DNA from: Chloroflexota bacterium | GTDB taxonomy: Bacteria; Chloroflexota; Limnocylindria; Limnocylindrales; CSP1-4 | NCBI GenBank assembly: GCA_017882025.1 | Contig: JADGQG010000001.1 | Location: 1 to 29,332, forward strand | DNA: 29,332 nucleotides | Direction: 5' to 3' | Part shown: piece by piece, positions 17,500 through 26,443 of the stretch | How the letters are laid out: every line of letters starts with the position of its first letter | Numbering within the stretch: position 1 is the stretch's first letter | Made by a program: the position numbers and the translations under genes | The notes under the pieces: model-generated | Told to the model about the DNA's origin: nothing | Database searches by the model: none | Seen by the model: only the letters and a program-made list of their open reading frames with translations

Positions 17500-18459
17500 G
17501 TGTCGCCAGAACAGCTCACCTACATCCTCATCGCACTCATCGTCGCGGGTCTCGCGCTCGGTTTCCTTGTCGTTGTCGCCCTGCTCGCTCGCCGGCGCGA
17601 CGCGGGCTCGTCCAGGGAGGCGGACGAGCTCGTCGCGGCTGCCCAGGCCGTCCGCTCGGCCTATCCGGCGCAAGCCGCGCCCGCATCGACGGTCGCGGAT
17701 GAGCCCGCGGATGAGCCCGCGGATGCGGCCGCGGCGGTCCACGTCGCCGGCGCGCAGCCCAGCGCGGCGGACCTCGACGCGGACCTCCTCGACGCGCTCG
17801 ATGTCGCGCCGCCCGCGCGGGGCGTCCGGGCGGCCAACGCGCCGAGCGAGACGGGTCGGCGCTTCACGGTCGGCGATCGGCTCCACGAGCCTGGAGCCGA
17901 GGCGGCCATCGCCGGTTTCCTTGCGCTGGAGCCGAGGCGTGTCCCGCAGGAGGGCCCGGCTCCCGACCCCTACATCGACCCCCTGACCGGGCTGGATACG
18001 CTCCTCGCCTGGGAGCGGACGCTTGCGGAGGAGAACGCGCGGTACGTCCGATACCGCCACCCGGTGAGCGTTGTTGTCGCTGAGATCGACGGCCTGGGCC
18101 GCCTGGTGGACCGCTTCGGGGCCGAGCCCGCCCGCCGCGTCCTGCCGGCCGTGGGCGACGCGATGCGTCGCTATGCGCGTCGGACGGACCGGGTCGCCCA
18201 CGTGGGCGGCGGCCGTTTCCTCATCCTCCTCCCGGAGACCGACGAGGTGGCCGCGATCAACTACGTCGAGCGCGTGCGCGTGGCCTGTGAGCGCTGGCTC
18301 GAGTCGGGCGCGGTCGCCCTCCACCTGTCGATGGGCTGGGCCAGCCCGACCCCGGTCGGCGAGATCGACACCGCCCTCCGCGTCGCGGAGGAGCGGATGT
18401 ACGCAGAACGGCGGCGCGCCCCGCGCTCTGGGACGGTCGACGCCGACCCGACGCGCTGA
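17500..18459 (+). CDS. Membrane-anchored degenerate GGDEF-domain protein
   Basis: N-terminal TM helix; DPLTGL...RRTDRVAHVGGGRFLILLPET. GTG 17500 is preceded by AAGGA. Confidence 0.88.
   Translation: MSPEQLTYILIALIVAGLALGFLVVVALLARRRDAGSSREADELVAAAQAVRSAYPAQAAPASTVADEPADEPADAAAAVHVAGAQPSAADLDADLLDALDVAPPARGVRAANAPSETGRRFTVGDRLHEPGAEAAIAGFLALEPRRVPQEGPAPDPYIDPLTGLDTLLAWERTLAEENARYVRYRHPVSVVVAEIDGLGRLVDRFGAEPARRVLPAVGDAMRRYARRTDRVAHVGGGRFLILLPETDEVAAINYVERVRVACERWLESGAVALHLSMGWASPTPVGEIDTALRVAEERMYAERRRAPRSGTVDADPTR
17695..17730 (+). repeat. 12-nt tandem repeat in the GGDEF protein linker (ADEP ADEP ADAA)
   Basis: gcggatgagccc x2 followed by gcggatgcggcc. Confidence 0.7.
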
Positions 18460-18564
18460 GCAGCGCGCGACGCGTCGGGTCCGACGTGCCCGCCGCGCCG
18501 TCGCGCCGGATTCCCGGGGTCGCGGTCGGCTCGCCAGTGCCCGGCGGCCGGCCGCGATGTCCCG

Positions 18565-19740
18565 TCAGACCACCAGCTGCGCCAGCATGATCGGCAGGCC
18601 GATCTTGTTCCCGTACTGGGGTCGGTAGCGGTCGACGTTGTACTGGTGCTCGACATCCACGGTCCGGGCCCCCGGCTCCGGGATGGGGCAGAAGCTGTAG
18701 CGGCCATCCCGGATCGCCGTCATGTAGCCGGACTTGCCGTCGACCACGAGCTCCATGGCCACGTTCGCAAACGTGATCGCGACCATCTGGTCGACCGCGT
18801 CCGGGTCGCCGGAGCGGAGGTCGTAGGTCAGCTCGGAGTTGACGGTCTCGATCCCCGTGCGGCGCCTGATCTCGTCAGCCAGGAACTCGCCGATGCTCGC
18901 CTTGTGGCGGTGGCCGTAGGCGTCGGCCTCGCCGACCTCCTGGAGCTCCAGCCCCTCGGGGAGGGCGCCCTCGGACGCGATCACGAACGAGTATCGGCTC
19001 GGGTTGTTGCGGCGATCCTCGACGAGCACGTCGACGAGATGCTGGAGGTCGAAGCGGGACTCCGGGATCACGCACCGCGCCGAGGTCACGTACGCGGTAT
19101 ACAGGGCGGTGAAGCCGGCGTTTCGGCCGAAGATTCGGAAGACGCCGATCCGCTCGTGCGAGCCGAGGGTGGTCCGCTGGCGGTTGATCGCGTCCTTCGC
19201 CCGGGTGATCGCGGTCGAGAAGCCGATGCAGTACTCGGTCTCACGGACGTCGTTGTCCATGGTCTTTGGAATCGCGATGACCTGGACGCCGGCGTCCGCG
19301 AGCACCTTGGAGTAGGAGAGGGTGTCGTCGCCGCCGATGGAGATCAGCGTGTCGATGCCGAGGCGCTCGAGGTTCTCGAGGACGACCGGCGTGAAGTCGT
19401 AGATCCCGTCGCCAGTCTGCATCGCAGCCAGGCGGTCCGGGCCCACGAAGTCGGGCAGGTTACCGGCCCGCATGCGCTTCGGGTTGGTCCGTGAAGAGTG
19501 GAGCGCCGTCCCGCCGGTCCGATCGATTGTCCGCGTGCTCATGCGATCCAGGGGTCGGACGTAGTCCGGGTCCGGCTCCGGACCTGGGCGCATGTGCGTC
19601 AGCGCCTCCCAGCCGCGGCGCAGGCCGAGGACGTCGTAGCCGAGCTCCGTGGACCGGTACACGACGCTCTTGATGACGGAGTTGAGGCCGGGGACGTCGC
19701 CCCCGCCCGTGAGGATGCCGATACGGCGCGAGGTGGACAT
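18565..19740 (-). CDS. pfk: PfkA-family phosphofructokinase with pyrophosphate-dependent signature
   Basis: ILTGGGDVPGLN, SSRTNP, IGGDDT, IPKTMDND, ELTYDLRSG. AGGAG RBS; start 19740. Confidence 0.93.
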   Translation of the reverse strand: MSTSRRIGILTGGGDVPGLNSVIKSVVYRSTELGYDVLGLRRGWEALTHMRPGPEPDPDYVRPLDRMSTRTIDRTGGTALHSSRTNPKRMRAGNLPDFVGPDRLAAMQTGDGIYDFTPVVLENLERLGIDTLISIGGDDTLSYSKVLADAGVQVIAIPKTMDNDVRETEYCIGFSTAITRAKDAINRQRTTLGSHERIGVFRIFGRNAGFTALYTAYVTSARCVIPESRFDLQHLVDVLVEDRRNNPSRYSFVIASEGALPEGLELQEVGEADAYGHRHKASIGEFLADEIRRRTGIETVNSELTYDLRSGDPDAVDQMVAITFANVAMELVVDGKSGYMTAIRDGRYSFCPIPEPGARTVDVEHQYNVDRYRPQYGNKIGLPIMLAQLVV

Positions 19741-19887
19741 GGGTCGGAGCGCTCCTGAGCGTGCTTCAGCGCGTCCCATGGTAGCCCGGACGGGCGATCA
19801 AGCTGTCGGGCCGGAGGTCACGCCGCCAGGGGCGCTTGGGCCGGGAGCCCGGCGAGGGCGCGGCGAGCGGTCCGACCCCGTGCGGCG

Positions 19888-21138
19888 TCAGCCGCGGTGA
19901 CGCACCAGGTCCGCCTTGTGCCGGTGCTCCGGCGGCCGGGCCTCCCCGCGCCCGCCCCCGGAGAACGTGTGGATCGGTCGCGGCGGCGTCTCCGGGTCGG
20001 GGAGGAAGCGCTCCTCCACTTCCACCGGGATCGCCCGCTTGAGAAGCCGCTGGATCGCCCGGAGGAGATCCACCTCGTCCGGGCAGGCGAGCGAGATCGC
20101 GATGCCGGACGCGCCGGCGCGGCCTGTCCGCCCGATGCGGTGGACGTAGTCCTCCGCCTTGACCGGCAGCTCGTAGTTCACGACCACCGGGAGCTCCTCG
20201 ATGTCGAGCCCGCGCGAGGCGACGTCCGTCGCCACCAGGACCCGGACCGCGCCCGCCTTGAAGTCCTGGAGCGCCCGCAGCCGCTCCGCCTGCGTCCGGT
20301 CCGAGTGGATGGCCGTGGCCGCGACCCCGTGCCGGTCGAGATCCGAGGCGAGCCGCCGCGCGGCGACCTTGGTGCGGGTGAACACGAGCACCTGGCGGAG
20401 GTCGTGCGACCGGACGAGGTGCTCCAGAAGGTCCGTCTTGCGCTCCCGGTCGACCGGGTAGAGCACCTGGCGGACCATTTCGGGGGGCGCGTACCGACGA
20501 GCGACCTCCAGCGTGGCCGGCTCGGTCAGGAACTCGCGCGCGAGCCGCCGGATCTCGTCCGAGAACGTCGCCGAGAAGAGGAGCGTCTGCTTCCGGTTTG
20601 GCATGAGCGCGAGGATCCGGCGGATATCCGGGATGAAGCCCATGTCCAGCATCCGGTCCCCTTCGTCGAGGACCAGGATCTCCACCTGACCGAGGTTCGC
20701 GGCGCGCTGGCCAACGAGGTCCAGGAGTCGGCCGGGCGTGGCGACCAGCAGCTCAACGCCGGAGCGGAGCTCCTTGATCTGCGGGTCCAGCGGGACGCCA
20801 CCGTAGACCACGGTGCTGCGGAGCGGGACGTGGCGGCCGTAGGCTTCGGCCATCTCGTTGACCTGGATCGCGAGCTCGCGAGTCGGCGCGAGGACGAGCG
20901 CGCGCACGGGATGCCGCGCGGGCGAGAAGGAGGTGTTCGCGTACGGCTTCAGCCGCTCGAAGATCGGCAGCACGAATGCCGCCGTCTTGCCGGTCCCGGT
21001 CTGGGCGGCACCCATGAGGTCACGTCCCGCAAGGACGAGCGGGATAGCCTGCGCCTGGATGGGCGTGGGCGTGGTGTAGCCGGAATCAGCCACCGCGCGG
21101 AGGAGTTCAGCCGACAGGCCGAGCGATTCGAAGGTCAC
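19888..21138 (-). CDS. rhlE: DEAD-box RNA helicase, RhlE-like
   Basis: Q motif GYTTPTPIQ, AQTGTGKT, PTRELA, TPGRLLD, DEGD, SAT, HRIGRTGRAG. GTG start 21138. Confidence 0.9.
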   Translation of the reverse strand: MTFESLGLSAELLRAVADSGYTTPTPIQAQAIPLVLAGRDLMGAAQTGTGKTAAFVLPIFERLKPYANTSFSPARHPVRALVLAPTRELAIQVNEMAEAYGRHVPLRSTVVYGGVPLDPQIKELRSGVELLVATPGRLLDLVGQRAANLGQVEILVLDEGDRMLDMGFIPDIRRILALMPNRKQTLLFSATFSDEIRRLAREFLTEPATLEVARRYAPPEMVRQVLYPVDRERKTDLLEHLVRSHDLRQVLVFTRTKVAARRLASDLDRHGVAATAIHSDRTQAERLRALQDFKAGAVRVLVATDVASRGLDIEELPVVVNYELPVKAEDYVHRIGRTGRAGASGIAISLACPDEVDLLRAIQRLLKRAIPVEVEERFLPDPETPPRPIHTFSGGGRGEARPPEHRHKADLVRHRG

Positions 21139-21191
21139 GTCGGTGCAGCATACTGGACCGGACGCCGAAAGCTCTCCGCGGAGGACGAAGC

Positions 21192-22106
21192 ATGGCCAGG
21201 ACGAAGGCGCACGAGGGCAACCAACCGACCCCGGCTGGACGCAATCGACGCCCGGAGCGCGACGCGCTGGACATCCCGGCGACCGCGATGAACCCGACCA
21301 CTGCACCGGGAGCCGAGCTCAAGCACGCCGACGGCCCATCCCGGAAGGAGTACGAGGCGCAGCTCCAGCGCCTCAACGTCGAGCTCGTCAAGTGGGAGGA
21401 GTGGATCAAGGCACGCGGCCTCAAGGTCGTGGTCATCTTCGAGGGGCGCGACGCGGCGGGCAAGGGCGGCGCGATCAAGCGAATCATGGAACCCCTCAAC
21501 CCGCGTTTCGCGCGCGTCGCGGCGCTCCCGGCTCCTACCGAGCGCCAGCGGACGCAGTGGTATTTCCAGCGTTACGTCGAGCACCTGCCGGCCGCCGGCG
21601 AGATCGTCCTGTTCGACCGCAGCTGGTACAACCGCGCCGGCGTCGAGCGGGTGATGGGCTTCTGCTCCGAGGAGGAGTACCAGGAGTTCCTGCGCTCCTG
21701 TCCCGAGTTCGAGCGGATGCTCGTCCGCAGCGGCATCATCCTCATCAAGTACTGGTTCAGCGTCTCCGACGCGGAGCAGGAGCGCCGGTTCCAGGGACGC
21801 CTGGACGACCCGACGAAGCGCTGGAAGCTGTCGCCGATGGACGTCGAGAGCCGCGCCAGATGGCTCGACTACTCGAAGGCGAAGGACGAGATGTTCGCCC
21901 ACACGGACTTCAAGCAGGCTCCCTGGTGGGTGGTCCGAAGCGACGACAAGAAGCGCGCCCGGCTCAACGTGATCGCGCACCTGCTGAGCCAGGTCCGCTA
22001 TGAGGACCTGACTCCCGAACCGATCTTCCTGCCGCCACGCCAGAAGGACACGGGGTACGTCCGGCCGCCGATGAGCGATCAGACGTTCATCCCGGAACCC
22101 TTCTGA
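21192..22106 (+). CDS. ppk2: Polyphosphate kinase 2, single-domain class I type
   Basis: IFEGRDAAGKGG, WYFQRY, FDRSWYNRAGVERVMGF, KRWKLSPMD. GAGGA RBS. Confidence 0.96.
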   Translation: MARTKAHEGNQPTPAGRNRRPERDALDIPATAMNPTTAPGAELKHADGPSRKEYEAQLQRLNVELVKWEEWIKARGLKVVVIFEGRDAAGKGGAIKRIMEPLNPRFARVAALPAPTERQRTQWYFQRYVEHLPAAGEIVLFDRSWYNRAGVERVMGFCSEEEYQEFLRSCPEFERMLVRSGIILIKYWFSVSDAEQERRFQGRLDDPTKRWKLSPMDVESRARWLDYSKAKDEMFAHTDFKQAPWWVVRSDDKKRARLNVIAHLLSQVRYEDLTPEPIFLPPRQKDTGYVRPPMSDQTFIPEPF

Positions 22107-22131
22107 GCGTCCGTCCTACGCCGCGTTCCCG

Positions 22132-22554
22132 TTGGACCCACGCCGAGACGAGGGTGGGGTCGAGCGCTCCGCGCTGCTGACCGCGTGCGGCCGGCTCCTC
22201 GGCTCGATCGGCCTGCTCCTCCTCGTGGTGCTCCTCCCCGCCACGTTCCTGGTCGTGGCGGGCACGCTGGGCCTCGTCAACGCGCCGGGCTGGGCCGGCG
22301 ACAATACGAGCGTCTTCGGGTTCTTCCTCGTCGTGGTGCCGGCGGGGATCGCGCTCGCCGCGGTCCACTTCCTGCTGGGCGGCCTGATCCTCGCCCGCCG
22401 CTTCTGGCCCGTGGTCGTCACGGTCCTCCTGGTCCTCGCGGTCGTCACGCTCTTCCCGCTCGGCCTGCGGATCAGCTGGCCGTTTCTCAGCCTGACGCTC
22501 CTCTATGCGGCCAGCCTCCTGCTCACGATCGCGCGACAGGCCGAGTTCGGGTGA
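22132..22554 (+). CDS. Hypothetical membrane protein (about 4 TM helices)
   Basis: Strongly hydrophobic ORF with GC3-biased codons directly after ppk2. TTG start uncertain. Confidence 0.65.
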   Translation: MDPRRDEGGVERSALLTACGRLLGSIGLLLLVVLLPATFLVVAGTLGLVNAPGWAGDNTSVFGFFLVVVPAGIALAAVHFLLGGLILARRFWPVVVTVLLVLAVVTLFPLGLRISWPFLSLTLLYAASLLLTIARQAEFG

Positions 22555-22594
22555 GCGGCCGCGGGACGCCGGCCGGGATCGCCCGGGAAGGCGG

Positions 22595-23845
22595 TCAGCC
22601 GATCGTGACCTTGCCGACGCCTCCGCGGACGGCGATCTCGACGTGGTTCGGGTTTGCATCGAAGTCCGGCGATGCCCAGGCCGTTCCGTCCGCCGTCCGC
22701 GGGAAGCGGGTCGTGTCCACATCCGTCGTCCCGATCGCCATCGCGCTCGTGATCCGGGCGGCAACCCCGACCGGGACTCGGAAGCGCATCTGCGCCGCCC
22801 CGCCCTCGGCGTTCACCCGCGTCACGCCGGCCGCCGGCAGGGTCACCCGCGACTGCGCCGCTCCCGTCCGAAGCCGGAGGTCCGTGACACGCAGGCTGCT
22901 CAGGTCGAGCTCGTTGTCGGAGGCGCCGGTCTCCACCTCCAGGCGGAGCGGGACCTCGGCCGTGAGGCCCACCCGCCAGTCGAACGGCGCGCGGCCCCAG
23001 CCCCAGCTCCACGAAGCAAGGTGGGGCATGGTGAGCCGGACGCGACCGGGGCCTGCGGGCGTCGCATCCACGCCGCCGTCGAAGGTCCCGTCCACCAGCC
23101 GTCCGCTCGCGGCGGGCCCGATGAGCAGCTTCCCGGCGCCGAACGCGATTCGAACCTCGGCATCCGCAGCCCCGTCGAGGGCCAGCGCGAGCGCCTGGGG
23201 TGGGTTCCCAGCGGGCGGCGGGGCCCCCGCGATCCCCGGTGCCGTCCCGGTGCCGCCCGCCGTCCAGGGCACCTGGCCGGCCCGCGGAGACGCCGACCGC
23301 GATCGACGCCGCCAGGGTCCCGGGATGACCGCGCCCACCAGGACTGCGGCCCCGATCCCCATGATCACGATCGGCACGGCGATGTCGGTCAGGTTCGCGA
23401 ACCCGTTGCCGTTCAGGTGGAGGACGCCCTCGAAGAAGAGGAAGCCGATGAGGAAGAGCACGACGCCGGTCACGAGCGAGCCCAGCCCCCCGCGCGCGAT
23501 GTCGCTTCGACGCGTCAGCAGGCCGTAGAGCAGGAGCCCGACGCCGACGCCGCCCGGAGCCACGAGCGCCCACGCATACGCCCAGCTCGCGTACGTCCCG
23601 GTCGCATCCTGGACGGCCAGCACCGTGCCCACGGCAGTCACGATGCCGCCCGCCGCAGCAAGGCCGGAGGCACCGGGCTCGGGGACGGCGAACGCGGCGA
23701 TGAGCAGGGCGACGCCGGGCAGGATCACCCAGGCGGGCCACCCGACCTCGACGCCGGATACCCGGACGACCAGCGCGGCCGCGCCGAGGACGATGAGCAG
23801 GGCGCCGACGAGGAGCGCGCCGCGCGAGGTGCCCGATTCATGCAT
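22595..23845 (-). CDS. LiaF/DUF5668-like multi-TM domain fused to toast-rack (DUF2154-like) beta domain
   Basis: About six TM segments (WPAWVILPGVALL, WAYAWAL), then a beta-repeat region (LRLEVETGASDNELDLSSLRVTDLRLRTGAAQSRVTLP). GGAGG RBS before ATG 23845. Confidence 0.75.
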   Translation of the reverse strand: MHESGTSRGALLVGALLIVLGAAALVVRVSGVEVGWPAWVILPGVALLIAAFAVPEPGASGLAAAGGIVTAVGTVLAVQDATGTYASWAYAWALVAPGGVGVGLLLYGLLTRRSDIARGGLGSLVTGVVLFLIGFLFFEGVLHLNGNGFANLTDIAVPIVIMGIGAAVLVGAVIPGPWRRRSRSASPRAGQVPWTAGGTGTAPGIAGAPPPAGNPPQALALALDGAADAEVRIAFGAGKLLIGPAASGRLVDGTFDGGVDATPAGPGRVRLTMPHLASWSWGWGRAPFDWRVGLTAEVPLRLEVETGASDNELDLSSLRVTDLRLRTGAAQSRVTLPAAGVTRVNAEGGAAQMRFRVPVGVAARITSAMAIGTTDVDTTRFPRTADGTAWASPDFDANPNHVEIAVRGGVGKVTIG

Positions 23846-23898
23846 GCTGCGAACCTCCAGATTGGCCAACCAGCGGCCGCGTCAGGTGTCGGCGGGGG

Positions 23899-24411
23899 TC
23901 AGTCGTCGGCGCGGAGCGCCGCGGCGATGTCCAGTGCCCAGCTCCTCACGCGAGGCAGATCGCGCCAGTCGCCCTCGAGCCCGGCCTTGGCCATGATCGC
24001 CATCGCGAAGCCGCCCTGCTGGGAGTCGACCCGTCCGCCGAACATGGCGCGCCCCCGCGCCCCGATCTCATCGGCCAGCTGGTCGACGCCGCCGGGGTGG
24101 GGCACGGTCTCCGGGTGCCGTGTCGACTTGCCGTCACCGACCGGACCGCTGCTGAAGAGCCAGACCTCACGCTCGGCCAGCGCGAGACGCTCGCGCCGGA
24201 CCAGCTCGAGGGCGGGGCTTTCCCACTGGAACATGTACACGGCGCTCCCGACGATGACGGCCCCGTACGGCTCGATCGTAACCACGTCGGCGGCCGCACG
24301 AAGGTCCACCTCGAAGCCCGCGTGGCGGAGCGTGTCACTGATCTCGGCGGCCATCTCCTCCGTGCCGTGATGCCGGCTGGCATAGGCGACGAGGATCGGT
24401 TTCGCGAGCAT
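23899..24411 (-). CDS. Flavodoxin-domain protein (HemG/Flavodoxin_5-like)
   Basis: ILVAYASRHHGT, AVIVGSAVY, VWLFSSGP, MFGG, GDWRD. GGAGG before ATG 24411. Confidence 0.88.
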   Translation of the reverse strand: MLAKPILVAYASRHHGTEEMAAEISDTLRHAGFEVDLRAAADVVTIEPYGAVIVGSAVYMFQWESPALELVRRERLALAEREVWLFSSGPVGDGKSTRHPETVPHPGGVDQLADEIGARGRAMFGGRVDSQQGGFAMAIMAKAGLEGDWRDLPRVRSWALDIAAALRADD

Positions 24412-24548
24412 CCGGAGCAGCCTCCAAGGGTGAGCCTCGCCGAGCATGGGGTCCGCGCCGGTCCCGGAGAAGGGACCTCCGGCACGGGCAGGAGGGGCCG
24501 GGCGGCCGAAAGGCGGGCTCGGGGCGCCAACCGGCGTACCATCCGGCA

Positions 24549-25124
24549 ATGACAACGACCCGACCCGCATCCCTTCCGTTCACCGGTGACGCCGCGGCCG
24601 ATGCGCTCCTCGCCAGCGACCCGCTTGCGCTGCTGATCGGGTTCGTGCTGGACCAGCAGGTCACCGTCCAGAAGGCGTTCGCGGGCCCGGCGGAGCTGCT
24701 GCGGCGGCTTGGGACCCTCGATCCGGCGGCGCTCGCCGCCATGGAGCCCGGGGCATTCGCGGCGGCGTTCGCGGCGCGGCCGGCCCTCCACCGCTTCCCC
24801 GGCGCCATGGCCGGCCGTGTCCAGGAGCTGTGCGCCGTCGTCGCCCGCGACCACGCCGGTGACGCAAGCCGCGTCTGGACCGAGGCACGCGACGGTGCGG
24901 ACCTCGAGCGGCGGCTGCGTGCGCTCCCGGGGATCGGGGAGATGAAGGCCCGGACGCTGGTCGGGCTGCTCGCCAAGCGGTTCGGTGTCCGGCCCCCTGG
25001 GTGGGAGGCCGTCGCCCCGTCCCACCCGACTTTGGCCGACGTCGACTCGGCCGAGGCGCTCGCCCAGTACCAGGAGCAGAAGCGGGCCTGGAAGGCGAGC
25101 CAGAAGGCCGCCGGCCGCGCATAG
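24549..25124 (+). CDS. Uncharacterised HhH-GPD-type base-excision repair family protein
   Basis: DPLALLIGFVLDQQVTVQKAFAGP, LHRFPGAMA, HhH LPGIGEMKA. TACCAT lies 6 nt upstream. Confidence 0.88.
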   Translation: MTTTRPASLPFTGDAAADALLASDPLALLIGFVLDQQVTVQKAFAGPAELLRRLGTLDPAALAAMEPGAFAAAFAARPALHRFPGAMAGRVQELCAVVARDHAGDASRVWTEARDGADLERRLRALPGIGEMKARTLVGLLAKRFGVRPPGWEAVAPSHPTLADVDSAEALAQYQEQKRAWKASQKAAGRA

Positions 25125-25145
25125 CCGCCGCCGGGTAGCCCCGCC

Positions 25146-25164
25146 CCGGCGGGTTCCCCGCCGG
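25146..25164. terminator. GC hairpin between convergent genes (no U tract)
   Basis: ccggcggg-ttc-cccgccgg, 8-bp stem. Confidence 0.35.
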
Positions 25165-25177
25165 CGTGTGGCCGCCC

Positions 25178-25594
25178 CTACGGTGCGGATGCCACCCGCA
25201 CCAGGGTCCGCACGAGGTGCTCGAGCGTCGCCGCCGGATCGGCGGTCAGGCCGGCGTGGACGGCCGACGGCTGGATCACCGTGGAGGAGGGCGCCACGAG
25301 CCAGTGGAATCGCTCGGCCTGCGAGAGCGCCGCGATCGGTCCGGCGCTCGAGTCGCCCGCCGCGATCCGCCGGACCAGCTCCAGGTGTGCCCGGACCTCG
25401 TCGACGTCGCATGCCAGGTCGAGCGACCGCAGGCGTGCCTCGTCGAGCCACATCTCCGCGCCGAGGAACCGCCGAGGGCGACACAGCAGCACGATCCCGG
25501 CGTTCAGGCGCTCGCCGCGCTCGACACGTGGGACCACCCGCACGATCGCGTAGGCGAACGCGGCGCGAGCGGCCTCAGGCGGCGGTTCGGGCAT
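25178..25594 (-). CDS. DUF3037 domain protein
   Basis: FAYAIVRVVPRVERGERLNAGIVL...ERFHWLVAPSSTVIQPSAVHAG. Confidence 0.9.
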   Translation of the reverse strand: MPEPPPEAARAAFAYAIVRVVPRVERGERLNAGIVLLCRPRRFLGAEMWLDEARLRSLDLACDVDEVRAHLELVRRIAAGDSSAGPIAALSQAERFHWLVAPSSTVIQPSAVHAGLTADPAATLEHLVRTLVRVASAP

Positions 25595-26354
25595 GCTCGG
25601 CCTCCTCCACGAATCTCCGCGGCGGGGCGAGCCGCGCCAGCAGGTACGTTACGTACGCGTCCCGGTTCTGCGCCACGGATGCGAAGGCCGAGTCGCCGGC
25701 GAGCCACGCGTCCGGGACGTCCGCCACGATCTTGTCGAGGAGGCGCGAGGTGACGAGCGGAGCAAGCCTCGCATCGGCCTCGGGGATCGGCGCCGCAAAG
25801 GGGAGGAGCACGTGGTCGGCGATCCACGGGAAGGGTCGCCGCGCCTGGGCGACCGGGTCCTCCCAGCGGTGATGAGCGAACAGCGCCGCGCCGTGGTCGA
25901 TGCAATAGACACGGCCGTGCCAGGTCAGCAGGTTGACGTTCCGCGCGCTCCGGTCCGGGTTCGTGACGAGCGCGTCGAACCAGGCGATCGCCGCCGCCTG
26001 CGCAGGATCGGGCCGCGGCCCGAGCGCGGGCGCGAACGCGAGCGCACCGGGCAGGAAATCGACTCCGAGGTTCGTGCCTGGCGACCGATCCAGCAGCTCC
26101 TTGACCTCCCATTGGGGCTCGCCGGCGCCGATTGCCGGGTCAAGCTCGACAAGGACCTGCTCGGGCACCAGGAGCCCGAGCGCGCGCCCCAGCTCCCCGG
26201 CGATCACCTCGGCCGCCAGCGCCTTGGGGCCCTGCCCGGCACCGCGGAACTTCACGACGTAGAGCCCGTCGTCGTCCGCTTCACAGAGGCCGGGCAGCGA
26301 GCCGCCTTCCCGGAAGGGCGTGACGTAGCGCGTCGCCGTGACGGTCCGGAGCAT
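25575..26354 (-). CDS. HipA-like Ser/Thr kinase (HipA_2 type)
   Basis: RYVTPFREGGSLPG, YVVKFRGAGQG, LAAEVIA, NPDRSARNVN, IDHG. ATG 26354 lies 7 nt after TACACT. Confidence 0.88.
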   Translation of the reverse strand: MLRTVTATRYVTPFREGGSLPGLCEADDDGLYVVKFRGAGQGPKALAAEVIAGELGRALGLLVPEQVLVELDPAIGAGEPQWEVKELLDRSPGTNLGVDFLPGALAFAPALGPRPDPAQAAAIAWFDALVTNPDRSARNVNLLTWHGRVYCIDHGAALFAHHRWEDPVAQARRPFPWIADHVLLPFAAPIPEADARLAPLVTSRLLDKIVADVPDAWLAGDSAFASVAQNRDAYVTYLLARLAPPRRFVEEAEHARTAA

Positions 26355-26443
26355 GCCCGGCAGTGTACGGGTCGGCGCGGGCCGTGGCGGCGGGCACGGC
26401 CGCCCTTCCGGCGCCGCCTCCATCAGACGCCGCCCGCATGAGA

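Noticed and set aside
17500-18459. Annotation as an active diguanylate cyclase
   Set aside because: GGGRF A-site and loss of the metal- and GTP-binding residues.
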